A stretch of DNA of 63,938 nt, counting the filler, from Folioceros fuciformis (Eukaryota): assembly GCA_049999805.1 (NCBI GenBank). It is 6 parts of 6 records of this genome, joined end to end, with 100 filler letters (N's around TTAATTAATTAA, not from the genome) between each part and the next. Parts side by side here need not be neighbours in the genome. Positions count along the whole stretch, not along the records: positions 59,762 to 62,782 come from JBNGIO010006123.1; positions 62,883 to 63,938 come from JBNGIO010006198.1; 4 more parts are not named here. One strand, written 5' to 3'. The position numbers and the translations under genes were made by a program. The notes under the pieces are model-generated. The model saw nothing but the letters and a program-made list of their open reading frames with translations, searched no databases and was not told the origin of the DNA. Shown here piece after piece: positions 59,762 to 63,938 of the stretch (the first letter of the stretch is position 1; each line of letters starts with the position of its first letter).

Positions 59762-62700
59762 CCCTTGCCCCCAAAACCAAAGAGTCATAAAATTAGAATC
59801 CCGCCTAAACCACCAGCCATGGCTCAGACAACAGTGAATAACTTTACTACGTTTGAGTTTAGGGAGAAAGACAGGTTTGCGGGTAAAGATTTTGAGATAT
59901 GGTCGGCAAGGGTGAAGTCAATTCTCTTGGACAAAGAGTTGTGGGGAAATGTTTCTGGGCAAGTTGTCAGGCTAGTTCCAGTAAATGTTGGAGCACCAAC
60001 AGCAGCAGAAACAATGGCCATTCAGAACTGGGAAAAGGATGATCGTAAAGCAAGGGCATTGCTAATGCAGAGTCTCGCCACTGAGACTGTGCACCATATG
60101 CTGTCAACAACAACTGCAAAAGAAGCTTGGGATCAAATCCAAGACTCATATGCTGCAAAGGATACGCTAGCACTAGTAATGGCCACTCAACATTTCTATC
60201 AGCTACGAATGCTGGACCAAGACACAGTTGAGAAGCATGTAACTCAGTTCAGAATCAATCCCTCCATACTTGCAACTCTAGGAACGATCGTAAATGATGA
60301 ACACGCTGGTGTGATTCTGCTAGCCTCTCTACCCACATCTTGGTCAGCATTCGTAACTTCTCAGCAAGGCCGTGCAAATTTGACAGTGGCGATGGTCATC
60401 TCTGCTATGTATCAACACGAAAACACCAAGCGGATGGCATCCTCTTCCCAAAATCAGGGTGATGGAGGAGTGTTGTTCGCACAGGGACGTTTTCAGAGGT
60501 CAGGGAAGCCCTGGCAGAACAAAGATCAAGGAAGTCAGGGGTTTCACAATACAAACCGAAAAAATGGTAAATGCTCCTACTGCAAGAAACCGGGGCACTT
60601 CTGGAAGGAGTGCAGGAAAAAGAAATTCGATGACCAAAAACGTGGGATCTCGTCGTCAAAAGGTACTAGCTCACAACTTGTTAGCTCCCCTGGGTGCTTT
60701 ATTGCGACCTGTAATATAGCAGCAAAGTTTGATAGCTCCTGTTGGTTCCTTGATTCCGGAGCTTCTCACCATTTTTGTTATGACGTTCACATTCTCAAGA
60801 ATTTCACAAAGTATCATTGCCCAAGGAGAGTAGCCCTAGGGGATGACAGGGTCTGCCCTATAATAGGTGAAGGGACAGTTGAGTTACAGCTGGCTTCAGG
60901 GGGACTGCTCTCCCTGCATCCAGTGTTCTTTGTCCCAGCTTTAACATCTCGACAATAGCGTTGGGTCAGCTAAAGCTGTACCGCATAGTGATGGAAGATG
61001 ATGTGACGTTTATAACATTGAAAGTAGCACCAGATAAGGTGCTTATGACTGGACAGCCTGAAAAGGGCTTAATACTCCTGGATGCAAGAGCTATTAATCA
61101 AAAGCAGCTGAAAGCGAAAGTTACAAGTATGGACACCACATAGTTATGGCATCAACGACTCGGTCATCCATCTTTTCGCAAGCTGAAGCAACTTGTAACA
61201 GGAGAATTCGTAACAGGAATACCACAGTTTCCTGTGAATACTCAATGTTTTTGTGAGCCCTGTATTTTAGGAAAACAGGAGCGTCAGCCACACTCTAGAA
61301 GTTCAACTAGAGCCGGAGAACTATTAGCATTAGTCCATACGGACGTATGCGGGCCAATGGAAAATGCATCGTGCGGAGGGAGTCGTTATTTCGTCACATT
61401 TATAGACGAGCTAAGCCATTTTACATGTATTTATTTCATGCACAAGAGGTCAGAAGTATTTTTGAAGTTTAAGGATTACATCAGCTATGCTCAGAGACAT
61501 ACCTCAAAACAGTTGAAGGTTCTGCGGTCTGATAACGGAGGGGAATACTCTTCATCCGAATTTGATCAGTTCTGCAGGAGGTATGGCATCCAACGGCATT
61601 TCTCTGTGGCATACACACCACAGCAAAACGGGATAGCTGAGAAGCAAAATAAGGACCTCAACAACTCAGCAAGATGCATGTTGCAAGCTGCACAGCTTCC
61701 TAAGATGTATTGGGCAGAAGCAATATCTGTAGCAACACACGTACAGAACAGGCTGCCCACAAAGAAACTCATAGAACTAACACCCTTTGAGGCATGGACA
61801 AGACGCAAGCCAGATCTTAGGTATCTGAAGGTGTTTGGGTGCGTGGCGTATGCACATGTGCCTGCAGAGAGACGTCAAAAATGGGATCCAAAGGGAAGAA
61901 GACTCATGTTTGTTGGTTATGCCGATGGAATTAAGGGTACAAGTTGATTGATCCCATTGTCAGAAAGGTCACATATGCCCAAAATGTGATCTTCAAAGAG
62001 GATTCAATGTGGTCAGCATTAAGAGGGAGCAATGATCAACTAGAGCTGGGGAAGGATACAGACGTATCTACTTATCCTGAAGAGGTTGAGACAACCATAC
62101 CCTCATTCCCAACTAGCCAGCTAGACACCTTCTCTCCCAGAAGGCACCTACCACCACCATCAGCAGCTGCAAATCCTCCCGATCCAGGTGGTGGTGCCGA
62201 TTCAGGTGAAGGTGATTTATTATCACCACGAGAAAATCAACAACAACTAGACAATCAACAGCGATTAGATGATGTTCCAGCACCTACTACACCAGTTGAG
62301 CCAAGTTCTCCGCAACATGAGAATCAACCCAGACGTTCACAGCGGATCAGACAGCCACGTTATGGAAGGAGCCACCTCTCACCTATGACCATGCCCGCCA
62401 GTTGGCATTTGAAACAAGAGAAGCAGTTGATGAAGCTCAGAGAGGTAGTGATCCGCAAAGTTATGATGAGGCATTATCAGGCTCCAATTCAGCAGGCTGG
62501 AAAGAAGCTACAAAGAAAGAGCTTGACTCGTTGTTGAAAAACGAGACGTGGGAGCTGGTGCCATTACCCTTAGGGAGGAAGCCGATTAATACAAAGTGGG
62601 TGTTTAAGACAAAATACAAAGCTGATGGCAGCCTAGAAAAACTGAAAGCTAGATTAGTGATAAAGGGTTTCAGTCAGATACAAGGTGAGGACTATCTAGA

Positions 62701-62782
62701 AACGTTTTCACCAGTGGTTCGATTAGGCTCAGTTCGACATTTGATAGCTCTGGCTGCACAAGAAGACCTAGACATCCATCAA
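59762..62782 (+). mobile_element. Ty1/Copia retrotransposon gag-pol (gag, PR, IN, start of RT) with stops and frameshifts
   Basis: CSYCKKPGHFWKEC, FLDSGASHH, LWHQRLGH, HTDVCGP, LRSDNGGEY, NGIAEK, FVGY, KARLVIKGFSQ. Stops occur at 60956 and 61141, with frame breaks near 61945 and ~62370. Confidence 0.95.
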
Positions 62783-63896
62783 NNNNNNNNNNNNNNNNNN
62801 NNNNNNNNNNNNNNNNNNNNNNNNNNTTAATTAATTAANNNNNNNNNNNNNNNNNNNNNNNNNNNNNNNNNNNNNNNNNNNNAAACAGACAGGGCGTCTT
62901 TCTCCCTCCCTTCCCTCCTCTCTGCCTTCATTTCCCCGCGTCTCTGGCTCTGACGCTCGCTAGAGAGAGAAGCAAACCTGACCAGGCCCGGTAGCAACAG
63001 CGACATCAACAACAACAGGCAACAACACGCAACATCTGTTCCCTCATATCCCATCGCAACCGCGGCGCAAGCCCATCGCACATCCCTTTCCTCCCACTTT
63101 ACGGTCTGGCGAAGAAGCAAACTAACAAAGCAAGCAAGTAAAGGAGCTTTGCGGTCTCAGGCAGTCAGCAGGAAGCCGGAGGAAAGGAAGGCGGGCAGGG
63201 CAGGTCAGGTCAGGCCAGGAGGATTGACGGATGCAGCACGGCGAGGCCAGGCACCACGACAAGGACGAGAGAGGAAGCCCGGGCCAGAGCTGGAGAGAGA
63301 GGAGATGAGGGAGCAGAGGCTGGCGGGACCGGGCCAAGTCTGAGACTCGGAAGCTACGGAGGAAGCACGCTTGGTGGGCACAGGTGGGTGGCCGCTTGCG
63401 TGCAGTTTCGCAGAGGCGGCATCTGCGGGTCCGGCTTCCGGCGTCGCCGGCGTCAGGCTTCCGGCTTCTGCCCGCCACCGCCGGTTACCTTCCCTCCCCA
63501 CCCGGGTTAACCAACGACGACACAGTAGAGCGGGGGGCAGCGGCCCACAATGCGGCCCGCCTCCGGACACAACCCACGCACGCATCTAGGATTCATTCAT
63601 TGATTTCCTTCATTCATTCCATTCCAGGAGGACTAAACAAAAAAATTACGGAGCACGATTAAGCATCTTACACTGGGCTCCAGAATCATGCGCGCGATTC
63701 AACAGCTCTGCAACGTGTATGGCAACGGCAAATGCGATGGCAGGGGCAACGGCATTTGCATCGGCACCGGCTCCGGCATTGGCCCAGCGAGATATGCATC
63801 ATGTGTGCGCGCTCCACCATCCCCCAGTCAACAATTCGCAAAAGTCGCCTCGCCTGGTACGCCATGCAAAATCCACAACCACCCAACCTCCCCCCC

Positions 63897-63938
63897 GCTT
63901 TCCTTCCCTTCCCTTCCCCTTCCCCTTCCCTTTCCCTT
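63897..63938. repeat. (CCCTT)n pyrimidine-rich microsatellite
   Basis: Read directly. Confidence 0.75.

Noticed and set aside
50135..62782. Nested or clustered retrotransposon island
   Set aside because: The pieces lie on three separate scaffolds joined by linkers.

Overview
Eukaryotic, intron-containing land-plant genomic DNA. Gene density, very short introns and the PLS-class PPR style suggest a non-seed plant such as a hornwort (inference only). The window is not contiguous. Five identical 100-nt artificial spacers (44 N + TTAATTAATTAA + 44 N) join six separate scaffolds. Scaffold 1 (1-26726) holds a PLM-like sphingolipid synthase, TOUGH, polyubiquitin, VIP3/SKI8, a frameshifted PLS-E PPR gene, a 38-bp minisatellite, an intronless METTL22-like gene overlapping an intronless ankyrin-TM gene, and a nested inverted-repeat element. 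Scaffold 2 (26827-50034) holds a WNK kinase, an NPH3/RPT2-like BTB protein, CAT9 and BAT1 amino-acid transporters, ACX1 and an OR23-like F-box/kelch gene. Scaffolds 3-5 are Copia and Gypsy retrotransposon fragments, and scaffold 6 is unassigned low-complexity sequence. I found no convincing new multi-gene system. The most unusual items are the nested TIR element with an apparent excision footprint (23515-25883), the PPR gene with possible decayed DYW sequence, and the convergent CDS overlap at 19734-19742. Homolog names come from my recall of family sequences, not from database searches.
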